Positions 12,021 to 25,296 of a stretch of DNA of 64,000 nucleotides are shown here, piece by piece. The translations under genes were made by a program, and so were the position numbers. The notes below the pieces were generated by a model, which saw nothing but the letters and a program-made list of their open reading frames with translations, did no database searches and was not told the origin of the DNA. The stretch's first letter is position 1, and each line of letters opens with the position of its first letter. Origin of the DNA: Camelus ferus (taxonomy: Eukaryota); the NCBI RefSeq assembly GCF_009834535.1, contig NC_045696.1, forward strand, positions 114,578,001 through 114,642,000, given 5' to 3'.

Positions 12021-12525
12021 ACTACATAAGTCTGTAAAGTTTACTTCTCAAAAGGCAGCTGCCAATAAACTCATCGCCTAGATGGCGTGATACTTTGTGT
12101 GTCCTTTAATGAAAATACAGCAAGCACCAAAAGTAAGAGATAAACTCATTCTAACAGGAAAGTGAAGCTCGTGAGAGAGGAAAAATAGACACAGACTGAG
12201 TCCTAAGTGCAGGTGTGAGTTATGTATGCGAAGCATCTTTATTCATGAACGTTGAATTTCCGTGAACCTTGAGATGCTGTTTTTATTAGGCTGAGAAACT
12301 CCCCGTCAAGTTCACTGTAAGTTGATAATTTTGCACACTGTCTTTTAATGTTGCAAGAAAGATGTGGAACACCCCTATCAGTTTAGGAAGCGGGGATGGG
12401 TGACAGCTTGTCAAGGCTGCTCCTGTCAGATGGAAGAGCCATGTTTAAACATGAGTGCATTCTTCTCAATGTTTGATTTTGCCATGATTTTTAACAGCTT
12501 TTGTGATTGTTCCTGGGGAGATGGG

Positions 12526-12547
12526 AAAAAAAAAAATATATATATAT

Positions 12548-12578
<31 letters not shown>

Positions 12579-12580
12579 CA
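12526..12580. repeat. Compound A/(TA)n/(GA)n/(GAGACA)n microsatellite
   Basis: Directly visible. Confidence 0.9.
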
Positions 12581-13459
12581 CAGCAGATGACTCTTTCCAT
12601 TAACCCTGCCAGAATATAATCCTATAATCCAGCACGAGTAACAGAGCTGATGGATTTAATTTCCTAGCAAGCTTTCAGAATGTACACCTCCAGCTCATCT
12701 GAAAGTGACAAGAGTGATTATAATTGGTGAACTAGAAAAAATAACTCAAAGCCTAGTCTAGAGTTCTGCATAAACTAGTTTAAATGAGTTTCATATTCAC
12801 ACACTGAAGACTGCTTTCAAATGAGGCATCTGCTCACGAGAAAAACACATTCCGGATGGAGTTACCTTCGATGGAGTTAAGCATCTTCCTCCTCTTTCAG
12901 TATTGAAATGGTTTCTCTTGCCACAGGTGAGTCGGGAAGCACAAGATTGCCAGAAAGCATTGGTGGGGAGGGGGGATTGCAGAAAAAAATCTGGATGTGA
13001 AACTGCTCGCTAGGGCTGAGAACCACTTAAGGGACAAATCGAGATGCAAGAAGTTGGAGATGTTCCACTGGGCAGGTCCTCACTGTGCCAAGACCATCAG
13101 TGATGCTCCAGGAGAGAGTTGGTGCCCAGTTTGGTCTAAAAAAGAAAGATGTAGCAGGGTCAGAAGACAATGAGCAGCAGCACAGCACTAGTGGCTTTAG
13201 AAGCACAAATTCCTCAGGGATCCAAGAAGGAAATCAGAGTCTAGGGCACTGTTGCCAGAGAGATAATGTCCACTCCTAAGCTTATGGACAAGCTTTCAGA
13301 CGAAGGATATATTAGCATGGATCCAGGACCTCAGTCCTGGAGGGATGACAGTTCTGGGGAATTAACTAGCCAGGGACTCAGAGCAGAAGACCATGACAGA
13401 AATACAGCCATCAGAAGAGAGAATAGTTGGAAGCTTAGTCTCAGAAATAAAGCAGCAGT

Positions 13460-13628
13460 CAGGGTTGGCTTCACAAAGCGTCATCTGTGGCTCAGTGTCT
13501 CCAGCATCACCTGGAAGCTTGTTAGAAATGCAGTATCTTGGGGCTCCTCAATATCTACTGAATTAAAATCTGCACTAAACAAGATCTTCAGGTGTTTCAC
13601 GTGCTGTCTCAGGTTAGAGAGGTTCTAG
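13460..13628. mobile_element. hAT-Charlie MITE (MER5A-like)
   Basis: CAGCATCACCTGGAAGCTTGTTAGAAATGCAG...CTACTGAATTAAAATCTGCA...AACAAGATC. Confidence 0.8.
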
Positions 13629-13877
13629 AACCAGGGCAGGGGTAGCGGGCTGAAAGACTGGCCTCAGTGCTCGGCCTCTGGTTGTTGAATGCCAGGGGTC
13701 CTGGTGCCTTAGAGTTCCCTGAGCCCAGCTCTTTCCATCTTTTCGTTTCACCTTTACATCTGTTCTGTGCGGTGGGCACTTCCCTCATTTATAACTCAAG
13801 GCATGAGGTTCAGAAGAGGGAAATAACTCACTCAAGGTTAAACTACTGATTAAGTGATGGAACCTGGCTTTCTAAAA

Positions 13878-14000
13878 ACCTTTTTATTATGGAATTTTTC
13901 AAGGGCCCACCAAAGCAGAGAGAATAATGTGAAGGACCCTGCGTCCTCATCGCTTCAGTAATTACCAACCTTGTGCCACCTTTGTTTCATCTTTACCCAT
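13878..14000 (-). mobile_element. Old L1 (L1ME-like) 3'-end fragment
   Basis: TTTTTATTATGGAATTTTTCAAG...AAAGCAGAGAGAATAATGTGA resembles the reverse 3' end of old mammalian L1. Confidence 0.55.
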
Positions 14001-14509
14001 CACAACACATGTCCTGTCTTTCTCTTTTTGCCTCCCTTGGCTCCTGGACTGAATGTGGGCCTGGCTGACTCCATAGATGGTGATGTATCTACCACAATGG
14101 TCACCTGCTTGAGTGGCACTGATTGTTACCAGGCACGCAGCCCAGAGCAAGAATAGATGGCGTAAAGGGGCAACAGGGAAAGAAGAATCAGAACAGACTG
14201 GAAGACAGTTACTGCAAAGGGGTTCTCCAGCCAGGATAGGTTTCTGCTCTCCAGAAGTCATTCACTCCTCAGCTGTTAAGCATTTGTGTGCACCTGCAGC
14301 GCACTGGCCACTACACCAAAAGATCCGGTCTGCAGGGTTTTGAGTGACCTGGCACCTGCTACCTCTCCAGCTCACCTCCCCTACCTGTGCTCCCCCTCCA
14401 GGTCTCATTCACACTAACAGACAGCATTTGAAGGTCATTTGGAAAGGTCATTATGTTACATGTGGTGTTTCTTCTGAATTGTATGCACCTCACCACCAAA
14501 TGTCAAATT

Positions 14510-14732
14510 TCTCTTTTTATTTCTTGTTTTCTCCTTTTTAAAATTGCAGTACAGTCAGTTAACAATGTTTACAATGCGTTACAGTTTACAATGTGTCAAT
14601 TTCTGGTGTACAACGTGATGTTTCAGCCATCCATGCACATGCATATATTCCTTTTCAGATTATTTTTCATTGTAGGTTACTACAAGATACTAAATGTAGT
14701 TCCCTGTGCTCTACAATAGAAACTTGCTTATC
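14510..14732 (-). mobile_element. L1 3'-end fragment
   Basis: TTTACAATGTGTCAATTTCTGGTGTACA...TAGGTTACTACAAGATACTAAATGTAGTTCCCTGTGCT; same family as 15831 and 27030. Confidence 0.85.
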
Positions 14733-15830
14733 TTCAACTCCTCTTTTAAATCCCAACATAAATCTGACTCAGAAGAGCTTTTCTTGACCATCCTTCCTCA
14801 GCGTTTCCCACTGCCATGCACAAACACGGACTAAGTTATGGTTCTTGCTACAAACTCATTGTACTTAGGGTCATGGCCTGGAATCAGAGCTGTGAGGAGC
14901 AGTGACTGGGTTTGTCTTGTTCGTCATGTAACCTCGACCCACAGAAGACCAGCCCTCGCAGGGGTAGGACAGGCAGAATGTGTAAGAGTGGTTAGGTTTT
15001 ACCGTTCTTTCTTTTATCCATCAACCAAAGGGGACTCTGGTGATGCTGTCTCACGTTCATCCTCTCCCTTGCTGACCAACTACTCTGGACCATTTTGGTA
15101 CAGAATTCGTAGACAAATGGTGGGCTTCTTAGAAAAATGGAAATATCTTTACAAGAAATTCTGGAGGACCTGTGGAGTGTGAGGAAAAGTAACAGTTGGT
15201 ACAACTTAATGATTGCTTATTAAATGTCTAATTCAATGCTAAATGCTCTATTATTTCATTTAATCCTCACATCAATCTCATAAGGTAAGCATAATCGCCC
15301 TATAGTAAATTGACTGTATATTTTTCCTAATAAAATGGCAACATATGTTTTCTTCTACTCACTTCTTCACAAAGCCTTTCTGGTTAAACTTGATCTTCAA
15401 GTGAAGGAGATCTAAGGAAGTAATAGAAAAGGCTCTGGGAACAGAAATAGTAAGGAAAGTGGATTTCTGTTCAAATAGTACAATAATTCTGCATGGGTCC
15501 TCCTGTCTTGGGTGGTGATCACAATATTGCACATAGAATGGGACACCAGCCACGCACTGAACTCCTGTCCTGGGATAGAGGTCTGTAGATAATTTAGGGA
15601 GAGATGGGGTACAACAGACTGGATGATTAGTTTTCAACTTAATTATAAGCAGAAAAAACCATGGTTCTTCAAGTCTAGAAATAACCTTGGATAGTTTTAA
15701 AGAGCTCTGCTATTAGTGGCAGTGCCCCCAACAAACAAACAAACCAGCCAATATACAAACATTACTGGTAACTAAGTTGGTGGTAAATCATAAGTTAATA
15801 GCATCTTTGACCAGAAAAATAGGAACTTTT

Positions 15831-16495
15831 TTGGGTATATGTATATTTTTCTATTGAAGTATAGTCAGCTTACAATGTTGTGTCAATTTCTGGTGTACAG
15901 CACAATGCTTCAGTCATACATGAATATACATATATTTGTTTTCATTTTCTTTTTTACCATAAGTTACTACAAGATATCGAATATAGTTCCCTGTGCTATG
16001 CAGCATGAACTTGTTGTTTATCTATTCTATATATATATGTTAGTATCTGCAAATCTCTAACTCCCAGTTTATACCCCCAACCTCTCCCCACTGGCCCCCT
16101 TCAGTAACCACAAGTTTGTTCTCTATGTCTGAGAGTCTGTTTCTGTTTTGCAAATAAATTTGTTTGTCTTTTTTTTAGATGCCATATATAAGTGATATCA
16201 CATGGTATTTTTATTTCTCTTTCCAGCTTATTTCATTTAGAATCACAATCTCCAGTTCCATCCATGCTGTTGCAAATGGCATTATTTGTGCTTTTTTATG
16301 GCTGAGTAGTATTCCATTGTACAAATATACCACAACTTCCTCATCTGGTCATCTATTGATGGATATTTATGTTGTTTCCATGTCTTGGCTATTGTAAATG
16401 GTGCATTATGAACATCGGGGTGTACGTGTCTTTTTGAATTAAGGTTCCCTCTAGATACATGCCCAGGAGTGGGATTGCTGGATCATATGGTAAGT
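15831..16495 (-). mobile_element. 5'-truncated L1 (3' UTR plus end of ORF2) with TSD
   Basis: Homologous to the L1 at 49095-50338. 17-bp TSD GAAAAATAG(G/A)AACTTTT at 15814-15830 and 16496-16512, followed by AA (TTTT/AA endonuclease consensus). Confidence 0.95.
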
Positions 16496-16843
16496 GAAAA
16501 ATAGAAACTTTTAAAACCAACTTTAATATATCTCTGCTCTAGATACAGAATATGAAGAAGGCTCAGGTTAGATGGGGATAGAGGACTAGATCATCACAGT
16601 CATTACTGGGCTGAGCAAATCATTCAGTCAACTGATATTTTAATCTTTCCTTGGAACTCCATTAAATTGTCAACACTTAAGATCTGGAGTTATGAAGTGC
16701 AGAAATACCTTAAATTAACTAAATTTTTATTCTCTTATGCACAGAGTTAAAGGGCTGGACAGGTCTTTAGTGGAGATCTAGAAACTGATTTCAAACCGAT
16801 TTTTTTAAGTTCATTTTATGTAGTCGTGTGTATAATAAACTAC

Positions 16844-17005
16844 CTGACAGTTCTTATTCCAGAGGGGAGATGCGTCACTTTCAACATGTCCTATTGACAC
16901 CTTCAGAATGTTCCTAGATATATCATTATATATCATACATGGGTTAAATATGATGCTGCTTGAATTGACTGACTTCTTCTTGGCAATTGGTCGGGATGAC
17001 GACAC
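16844..17005 (-). other. Candidate 162-nt phase-0 exon (unassigned gene or lncRNA)
   Basis: Minus-strand acceptor TGTTTCCAACTCTAG| and donor CAG|GTAGTT exactly bracket an open 54-codon frame (VSSSRPIAKKKSVN...PLWNKNCQ). I recognise no homology. Confidence 0.25.
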
Positions 17006-18792
17006 CTAGAGTTGGAAACACATCTGAGTTGTCTTTGCTTTCTTATTGTATTTGTATTTCAAAATAAGGTGTCACTATCTTTTTAAAATTCCCTTCACAT
17101 AAAGTACTTCTGTTGGAATCACTGATCACTATAGTTACAAGGATTTGCAATTCATGTGAATGCTGTGACCATGTACTGAGCTGCCACACTGTGCTCCCAG
17201 ATCGACTGCAAACACAGAGACCAGGGTTAGTGCTATTGACTTAGCTCATGTATGCTCACCTCACGTTTGCATGCATGGATATACATTTGTGCAGATCCTA
17301 CAAGTTCTTGTTTGGTTTTGGTTAGTTTTTGAGGTTTCTGGAAATTCTGAATGAATGTCTCTATATGTGGAGCAGAGTTACTGAACTTCAGTATGACTCA
17401 AGAAAGCCTCCATTCCCTTCAGACTGAAGTCTCCTTCAGAGATGATGCGGTGAACCTTCATGGGATAGAGTTTACCGAACGCATCCTTTTGACTTGGAGT
17501 CTATTACACCCAAATTGGCTATGCTCTCTACCCAGCCTTTAACGCCTCTCAGGAATAGATTGGCATAAACCACTTTATAATACAGACATCTGGTAATCCT
17601 ATTCTAGGACATTCTTAGCAATTCAACACGACCCTATCTTGTGATGTAACGTACCTTTAATTTTAAACAGAAAAAGTTGTGTGTTGTTAATGATAGCAAG
17701 TTCTTTCTTGGTTTCTTGCCCACAGAGCTAAAATTTCCCCCCAAAATCAGTTTCAGGGTGTATCTCACTAGTATGTATTTCTCAAACATTTATCATTTTT
17801 TTTTCTCAAACCATCTTCAACTTTCCTTTTTCTTATTTCAAGTGGTGGTTCCCAGAATAGCAGGCAATCTTCTTTAGACGAATGATTATCTCTAAGCAAG
17901 AGACATTATTCCCCCCTGGAATTGGTTTGTGTGGAAGAGAGCTGGGATTGGAGGCTAGCTCCCCACTGATCGGCTTGGCCCGGAGCAAGTCTTCTCATAA
18001 TCTCTTTCGGAAGCCGTCTCCTCAGTGGCAAATGGGAATTGCAGTTCCCTCCGTGCTTCCTTAACTGCGGTGGTATAAGGATATATAATTTAACGGAAGC
18101 TACAAAAGCACTTCGACAAAGTTAAAACGCCTATGTCAATGTGAGTTCTTATTAAGGAAAAGAAGTTTTAAGAGCTCAGATCCTTTGCCTAACCTTCATT
18201 TCTCCAGGGCTAAGAATGCCTCTTAAAATTTATACTTGTACTTTATTTCATAGGATCTTTTAAATCATTGCATTAAAGGATTTCATTAGGGCTGTCACTA
18301 TTAATTTTGTAACAGTACGCTGTACCAGGGCAGCCTTTACAATTCTGATTGCCCCTTTTTGACTAAAGGCTGCTGGAGGAGTTTACAATTCCCTTTTCCA
18401 TGTTCGTAAAGCACAGACCAAAGCATGTTAGGAAGTCATACACTTCATTAAGGCTTCTGCCGGGTCTAATGCATCCTTATTATTTAATTACTGGAAGAAA
18501 TTATGTGTGAATTTTACAGGTGAGGACGTATGCTCTCGTGCACATCCTAAGTCTGGGTCATCGAGTGAAATGTATGGAGGTTTGTGCTAATGGATTTCCA
18601 AGATCAGTCATAGCTCAGAAATTTTGGCAAATAATTTGTGCCCATATACATTTGGTGTTACTACTGTTATTATTTTAATCCAAAAGTGGATACAATTTTA
18701 AACTATTTTCTTATGGATCCTTAATGTGGATGACTAACAGTTTCAAACGGATAACATTTTGAACAAAGGTACCAGATATTCTGCAGGTTCAT

Positions 18793-18793
18793 T

Positions 18794-18844
<51 letters not shown>

Positions 18845-18915
18845 TATTTGCAGTATAGCTGATTTACAATGTTGTGCGAATTCTGGTGAACAGCATAGTG
18901 ATTCAGTTTTATATA

Positions 18916-18946
<31 letters not shown>

Positions 18947-19001
18947 TTCTTTTCATATTTTTTCATTACAGGCTATTATAAGATATTGAATATAGTTCCC
19001 T
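18793..19001 (-). mobile_element. L1 3'-end fragment with (TTTA)n tail
   Basis: (TTTA)n at ~18795-18845, then GTATAGCTGATTTACAATGTTGTG...GATATTGAATATAGTTCCC. Confidence 0.9.
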
Positions 19002-20530
19002 TTGTGAGGGAGTTTTTGTTTTAAATGCCATTCAGTCATGTAGATAATTAGGAGGTTTTAAAAAAAATTAATATGACAAGTATATAGATTTCTGAGGTAT
19101 AAATCAATACGAGTATCTATATAATTCATAATATTTTGCATTAAAGCATCTTTAAGAAAGCATTCTATAACTTTCTGTAACATGAAAGTTATAGAATGCT
19201 TGGTACAAGTTAAGAGCCTGAATTCAATGTAATGAAAAGGCATGAGGTTTTGTTAGAATTATGTAATTCACATACCAAATATTTACTTAAAAGTAAACAC
19301 AAACTTGCAAAATAAAACTGCAAACCATATTTGTTTTATCTTCTAAGTCATCAACTTCAGAAAATTACTGTCATTTTTAAGTTATACTTCACTGTAAGTT
19401 TTACTATGATTATCAGGTAAAATACCCAATTCTGAATCTTCATAAGGAAACACATATTGGAGCAACCTGAGAAACTTAATTCTTCCTCCTGAGAAGCAGT
19501 GATGAAGTCACATAACGGCCCCTTGGGGATTGTCACAGCTTTCCTAGAATTCCCAGGGAGCTGATTCTTCTGTAAGACAGTAAGAACTAACACTGTACCC
19601 CTTCGCCAGCACATGAACCTGTGAGAAACCTTTCTTCCCCATACTTACTGATTCTCACAACTCTGAACCACAGGTTTTTAAACGTCCTCACCCTTCATCC
19701 TTGCCAAAGACATTGATATTTTAAGTTCTATTAAAGAATATATATTCCTCTTATGACTAGTTACCTATTCCATCTTAAATTCCGTCAACCTTGCTTATGT
19801 GTAAGGTGATTATTCTCTTTAATTTCGTAACAGATATTTTATCACAATGGTTTAGGTAAGAAGGTAATAAATTTGCTTTTTCAGAGGTGGTATTACTATT
19901 ATTGAAATATTGTTCTAAAGTCTTATTTTCTTTATCCAAGCTCTTTCCTTTGCCTCTTTGCTTTAAAAAAAAAATTATCTAACTGATGTATAATCAACAT
20001 ACAGCCCTTCCATGTGTACAGCTCAGTGAGTTGTCCCTCTTCCTTTTCTTTTTTTTTTTTTCCTTTTCTACATTTCACTGCCAGCCATGGCTCCACCTCA
20101 AGGAACCTGGGACCAAGCATAAGCCCAGGTATTTTTATCTCTTCCCCCAATGCAGTCACAGAGAAGGGGATTGGTTTTTCTATTCACTAACAATTGGTTC
20201 TTTTAAGTTCTCATCCCTCATCAAAGGTTCTAAACAGAATTAAACTGGTCTGGCTGAGGCATCTGCCTTTAACTGGACAGAACATTGTCAGAGGATGGAT
20301 TGGAGGGAGGGTCTTCATTCCTGGCCATTCACGGACAAGGGCTCTTTACCTCATCACATGTTCGGCTTCAAAACTATTCAGAGCTGGGAACTTTGGAGAC
20401 GTGCTTTGATCTGTGTTTTCCTAATCTTTCACTGAAGACTTTCTACTTTAAAACCCTTGATACCCAGGCCATTACCAAGATTGCGTTAAATGCTTTAAAA
20501 TCAGTCATTTAAAATTAATGAGTAGACCTC

Positions 20531-20915
20531 TACATCAATCAGGATTCATTACATTTTGCTGTGGTTACAATCAACCCCAAAATCTCAGTGGCCAAACAGC
20601 ACCACCAGCAAAACCCAATTTCTCTCTCCTGCTGTGTCGATCGATGGGGTTCTATCCATTGCTAATGTGTCGGAACCAAGGATGATGGAGTTTCCATCTC
20701 ACGGGTGCCTCTGTGATCACCGTAAAGGGGATATGACAATCCTGTGCTGGTTTTTGAAACTTCTCAGTAGTGACGTACATTACTTTCACTAATATTTCAT
20801 TGACTGAAATGTCCCAGGATGACGTCTAACTTCAAGGGGGGTGAGGTCAAGAAAATACAATCCCCCCCATGTGCCTGAAAAGAAGGTGAACCAGAAAATG
20901 TATAGAGTCCCTTAT
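20531..20915 (-). mobile_element. Old MaLR LTR (MLT1-type)
   Basis: TGCTGTGGTTACAATCAACCCCAAAATCTCAGTGGC...CTAACTTCAAGGGGG...ATGTGCCTGAAAAGAAG...AACCAGAAA. Confidence 0.7.
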
Positions 20916-21371
20916 GAGGCAGGATCAAAACAAAGAATTAAATGAAGATATACTGATGGTGGTCAGTTTAATACATGAGCTACACATAATGATTTTGCTC
21001 ATTTGAAAACTCTGATAGTCTAAAAAAAAATAAAAATTACAGCCTCACTTCCAGAAAGGAAAGACAATTTTAAAGTGACAATATGTCCCATAGTGATTTT
21101 CTTCCCCAGTGTATTTTCTTGTCCCACGCACATGACTTGCTTAGCCGAGAATTATTCCTGCCCTGTCTATGTTGTTTCCATTCAATTAAGTGGTGATGAA
21201 GCTTCTTGTACTCAGGTTTTTAGCCCATCATTGGGTGTGTTACACAGCTGTGCCTTGACTGTGACGCTGACAGACTGTTGTTAACTTCCATAACAGTTTT
21301 ATTTTCTGATAGACTTGCCCACAGCAGTGAGCCGGTAATCGCAGTTGTAACAGCAAGGATGGCGGGGGTGG

Positions 21372-21373
<2 letters not shown>

Positions 21374-21421
<48 letters not shown>

Positions 21422-21456
21422 TGCGCACACGCACACACACACACACACACACACAC
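21374..21456. repeat. (CA)n/(CG) microsatellite, 83 bp of uninterrupted purine-pyrimidine alternation
   Basis: Directly visible; interruptions (CGCACACGTGCGCACACG) keep the RY alternation. Confidence 0.95.
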
Positions 21457-22239
21457 CGAGTCACGAGGCAGCGTCTGGGCTGCAGAGGAGGTGCTTCTGG
21501 GCCAGTTTACCAGGGAGAGTGGGAAAGAGAATTATATAGGAAGCAATATTTCATTATCCAGGAAATTCCAAAAGATTATCAGGAGCAAAAACCTGGTATT
21601 CATAACAACACTCTCTTCTCTGAAAAGTCACCAGGCATTTTAGTTCCCCATGGTGTCCCGGAACCTCACTTTGGTTTAAGGAAAAGCTTTGGCTGGGGCC
21701 ATTCATCATGTGTCATTTCCTTTTGCTGAAATTAACCCAGCAGCTTTATATCCACTTCCTGCAGCAAAGGGGCCACGTTTAAAGTCTTATCTCAGAGACT
21801 TCTTTAAAGAATCACTGTCATCCCAGAGAAGATGAGGGGACTATCGGTGTTGAATCTTCCTTTCTCTACAGAGAATAAACATAAGCTATTTATCAGGAAA
21901 ATGTTCTATCCGGTCAAATCCATTATAGGCACCGTCTTCACTGACTCACTTCGGGAGACATGTTTGAGCATTTACTGTGCACAACAGAGTTTTCATACTT
22001 TAATTGGTGTTATCAGTCTGGTAAATTATTTATTAGAAATTTCTCATTTCCCCGATAGAGAAGTCTTCAGCACAGATTTGAGGCTAGAATGTATAAGTCT
22101 CCTATTTTTTATGAATTCAGGATCCCTCTTTTAGATGCTGCTGCGGTGGTTGTAGCCCTGCTCTCGGGAATTCTGCGGATCTGTGAGAGGAGGAAAAAGA
22201 CAGGCAGACACATAGTTATAAGTACAGAACATCTTTCAA

Positions 22240-22450
22240 TGAGAAGATAATGTTATGTACCATTTGTTTAGTTCTTCACATGTCCAGGCATGAGTTTAGG
22301 TGCCAATTAAAACAAATTTCCTTTACTCCTCATAAAACCCATAAAAGACTGATGGAAATCAAGGGTCAGAGATGTTACATCACTTATCCAATGTATTAGT
22401 CCATGGCTGTTAAACAGTGGGCCAAGAATTGGATCTTAGGTCTGACTCCC
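22240..22450 (-). mobile_element. MIR SINE fragment
   Basis: TTTACTCCTCATAAAACCC...GATGGAAATCAAGGGTCAGAGATGTTACATCACTTATCCAA...AGGTCTGACTCC. Confidence 0.65.
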
Positions 22451-22649
22451 AATTTAGGTGCTAAACTGTCTCAGTGAACATTTTGGCGGGAAAGCATACA
22501 AGACAGGAATAAATAAGAGCTGTGAGGTGCTACAGGTGCGCGGCAAGCTGGGTTCTGCAGTCTGTAATAGATGGCCTTTCAGCATCCTCCCCACTCTGCA
22601 CTTCCCCTCCCTCTGACTCTGGTCTAACCTACCAGAGTATTTATTCATG

Positions 22650-22812
22650 TATCATTTCTACTGATTATAGTTTTTCTCTGCCCCTCTTCACTCTCCCTCT
22701 CCCTGACTAGAATGGCAGCTCCATGCAGGCAGGGGTGTTTGTTTCATTCGCTGGGAATACCAAACGTCTACATAATGCCTGGCACGTTGTAAGTGCTCCA
22801 TAAACACTTGCC
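22650..22812 (+). mobile_element. L2 3'-end fragment
   Basis: ACTAGAATGGCAGCTCCATGCAGGCAGGGG...ATGCCTGGCACGTTGTAAGTGCTCCATAAACACTTG. Confidence 0.8.
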
Positions 22813-25296
22813 AAGTTTCATACGTCAATAACCTTAACTGGAAACATGCCTTCTAGAGAGTGTATCTGTATCTTCAGATGATCGTGGAGGTTTTAGGTTA
22901 AAAGTGGGGACAAAGTATAAAAAGGAGGAGGATCCTGCCCGTGGTAAATAATCTTCAAAGTCTGAGTGGGACCAAGAGTGTATTCTCAATGTGTACTTGC
23001 CAGTGATTGAGGTAGCTGACGATGGTGTTCTCACGTAACGGAAGAGGACAGCAACTCAGCTCGTACTTCCCTTTATCTAACTTACATTTTGAATGAGACT
23101 TTCTCTCTTAGGGCAATCTGAAAGGTAATTTGAGGAGACTTTGCTTTGCGCTCGCCTTCCACCTTTGTCCTTTGAGCCATCTGACTGGTGACACATCATT
23201 TCCTCCGTCTTTACTTCTGGTTAAAGGCACAGTCCCTGGCTTGCATGCTTGGTGACTAGATACCATCAGAGGACTTTCTTTGCTGTGTGAATTTAGGCAA
23301 GGGGTCAGGACTCTTCACCGGAATTTCCGTGCAGGTCTGTAAAGAAACCAGAGATTGGCTGTAACTCCTGCTCAGGTTTTCAGCACCGTAGAACCAAACA
23401 TCAATGAAGTTATAATAGGAACCACCCACCTGAATGTACCCAGAAACTACCCAGTTCGGCCAGTATGACATAAATCCTGGAATGCTTTTCATTCATTCTG
23501 GAAATGAGAGGGTTGAACACCTTCTGGGCTCCATGCAGATGCTGTTGACTCTCTGGACTTCGCCATGAGCTGAGTGTCCCAGGTGGGTTTCCATTCTTTG
23601 TCTCTCATCAGCTATTGGTTAAGGGACAAGGCATGAGTGGCAGGTAATGACTTTTTGGCTTAGGCTTTGTGACATAGGTACTATGAGCTGCTGCAAGAAC
23701 ATTAGAAATCATTTCCTGAAGGGTAGCTCTCAAAGCCGGAATACGCAGCCCAAGAGAGAGGACATGAAAAGAACAGAACCCAAACCGGTCAACATTTAGG
23801 AGCCAAGCATCAGTAGACGTCTAAGCTGGGCTGACACACGGGGCCAGGAGAGGAACACAGTTCTGACTGCAGAGTTCTGAGACAAAGCACAAATGTGCTT
23901 TTCTGTGGTTCCTGTACAAACTTGTGAGCGCACAGAAATCAACCTACCAGAATACCAAGTCTCTTGACTAGCAGAAAGAAAAGTCAAGGCCACGCTCACT
24001 GAGATGACAGTCACCTTCTTGCACCTCCCTTGAGAAAGCCAGAGAGTGTTACACTTTAGCCCGACCAAAACTTTTCTCACTCGCCTTTATTGTCTTTCCC
24101 TCCACTATTGAGGGTAGAGAGTTCACTACGGGGCTTGTGGGTTCACACATGTAGGGAAACAGAGCCCAGCTCTGCTACATCAAAGCTACAGATGTTGGTA
24201 CCAGTCATTTTTTGACGAAATGCCAAAAAATCTGCCAATGGGCTTTGCCCAAGATAACTGGGGCAATAAAAACCTTAACAGAACCTAAAGAGTCATTGCA
24301 AAAATTAGATTTTTGTGCATGATGATACTTTTAGAATAAGCCCTATTTACTGCTGCCCGGTGGGCACCAGGCGATGCCAGAGAAGTAGTGTAGGCTGAGA
24401 GCTGGGTACCGCCGAACCAGAGGGAACCCAGGGCAGGGCTTCCTGGGGAAGCTGGGTCACCTTTCACTGGGTTATTGAGATATACGGTGCTGGATGGGCT
24501 TCTCCAGGATCTCATGCCGGTCACGGACACAGAGGATGGGAGAGTCAATACAGTAGTCAGATTCACTCTCCTCCCCACCCCACCACATTCTCTGCTTCTA
24601 GAGCTAAGCCCCACACTTGGAAAAGTCTGTCTTCAGCCCAAGGAGGGTGGCAGGCTCCCCCTGGAATGCATCTGAAGTCTGTTGGAGAGCTCTGTTCAGG
24701 CTTGGGGGGGTGGGATGTGCTGTTTGCTCAGAGAATTCAGGAGCCCCTAAAACCAACTTCCAAAGTTGAAGAACAACTGTGAATACTTCCCCTGAACCTG
24801 ACCATCACCTGTCTGGGGGCCTGTCATTAACGAAGTTGCAGAACACTTCTTGCAATAAAGAAAATGCAAAGTTATACATTTCTCGGCTGTCATACTGAAC
24901 AACATTTTAATCATTGCTCTTTAATATCTTTCTTCTCTTCAGAAAAGCAGTTTGTAAACCAAACCTCCTCATCAGGGTGTGTTGTACACAGACCAGTAAG
25001 CTTGCTCCCATGTTAGAGAGAGGGTCTTCTTTTGTTTAGTGACACTGACATCCTCTGCATATCAACAGGGTCCACATTCGTTTCTATCATGATGACATGT
25101 GATACCTCCATCTGTGTTATGCTGTCTGTTCTCTTCAGGATCATAGAAATGTCTCCTTGTGCCTCCTGGCCTCACCAGACCAAAGCCTTGGCCAGGGTGA
25201 GGGCCGCAGAGAACAAGCAGACATCTCTCTCCAGAGTAAATATGGCAGTGGCTTCTGGATTCTGTTCCAGAAAGGCATCTCTCAGCCCTCAGACCC

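Noticed and set aside
12072..12090. CTCF site (CGCCTAGATGGCG)
   Set aside because: Mismatches in the 5' core and no supporting evidence; too weak to call.
21240..21729. HT/VC-repeat ORFs
   Set aside because: Translation artefacts of the (CA)n microsatellite.
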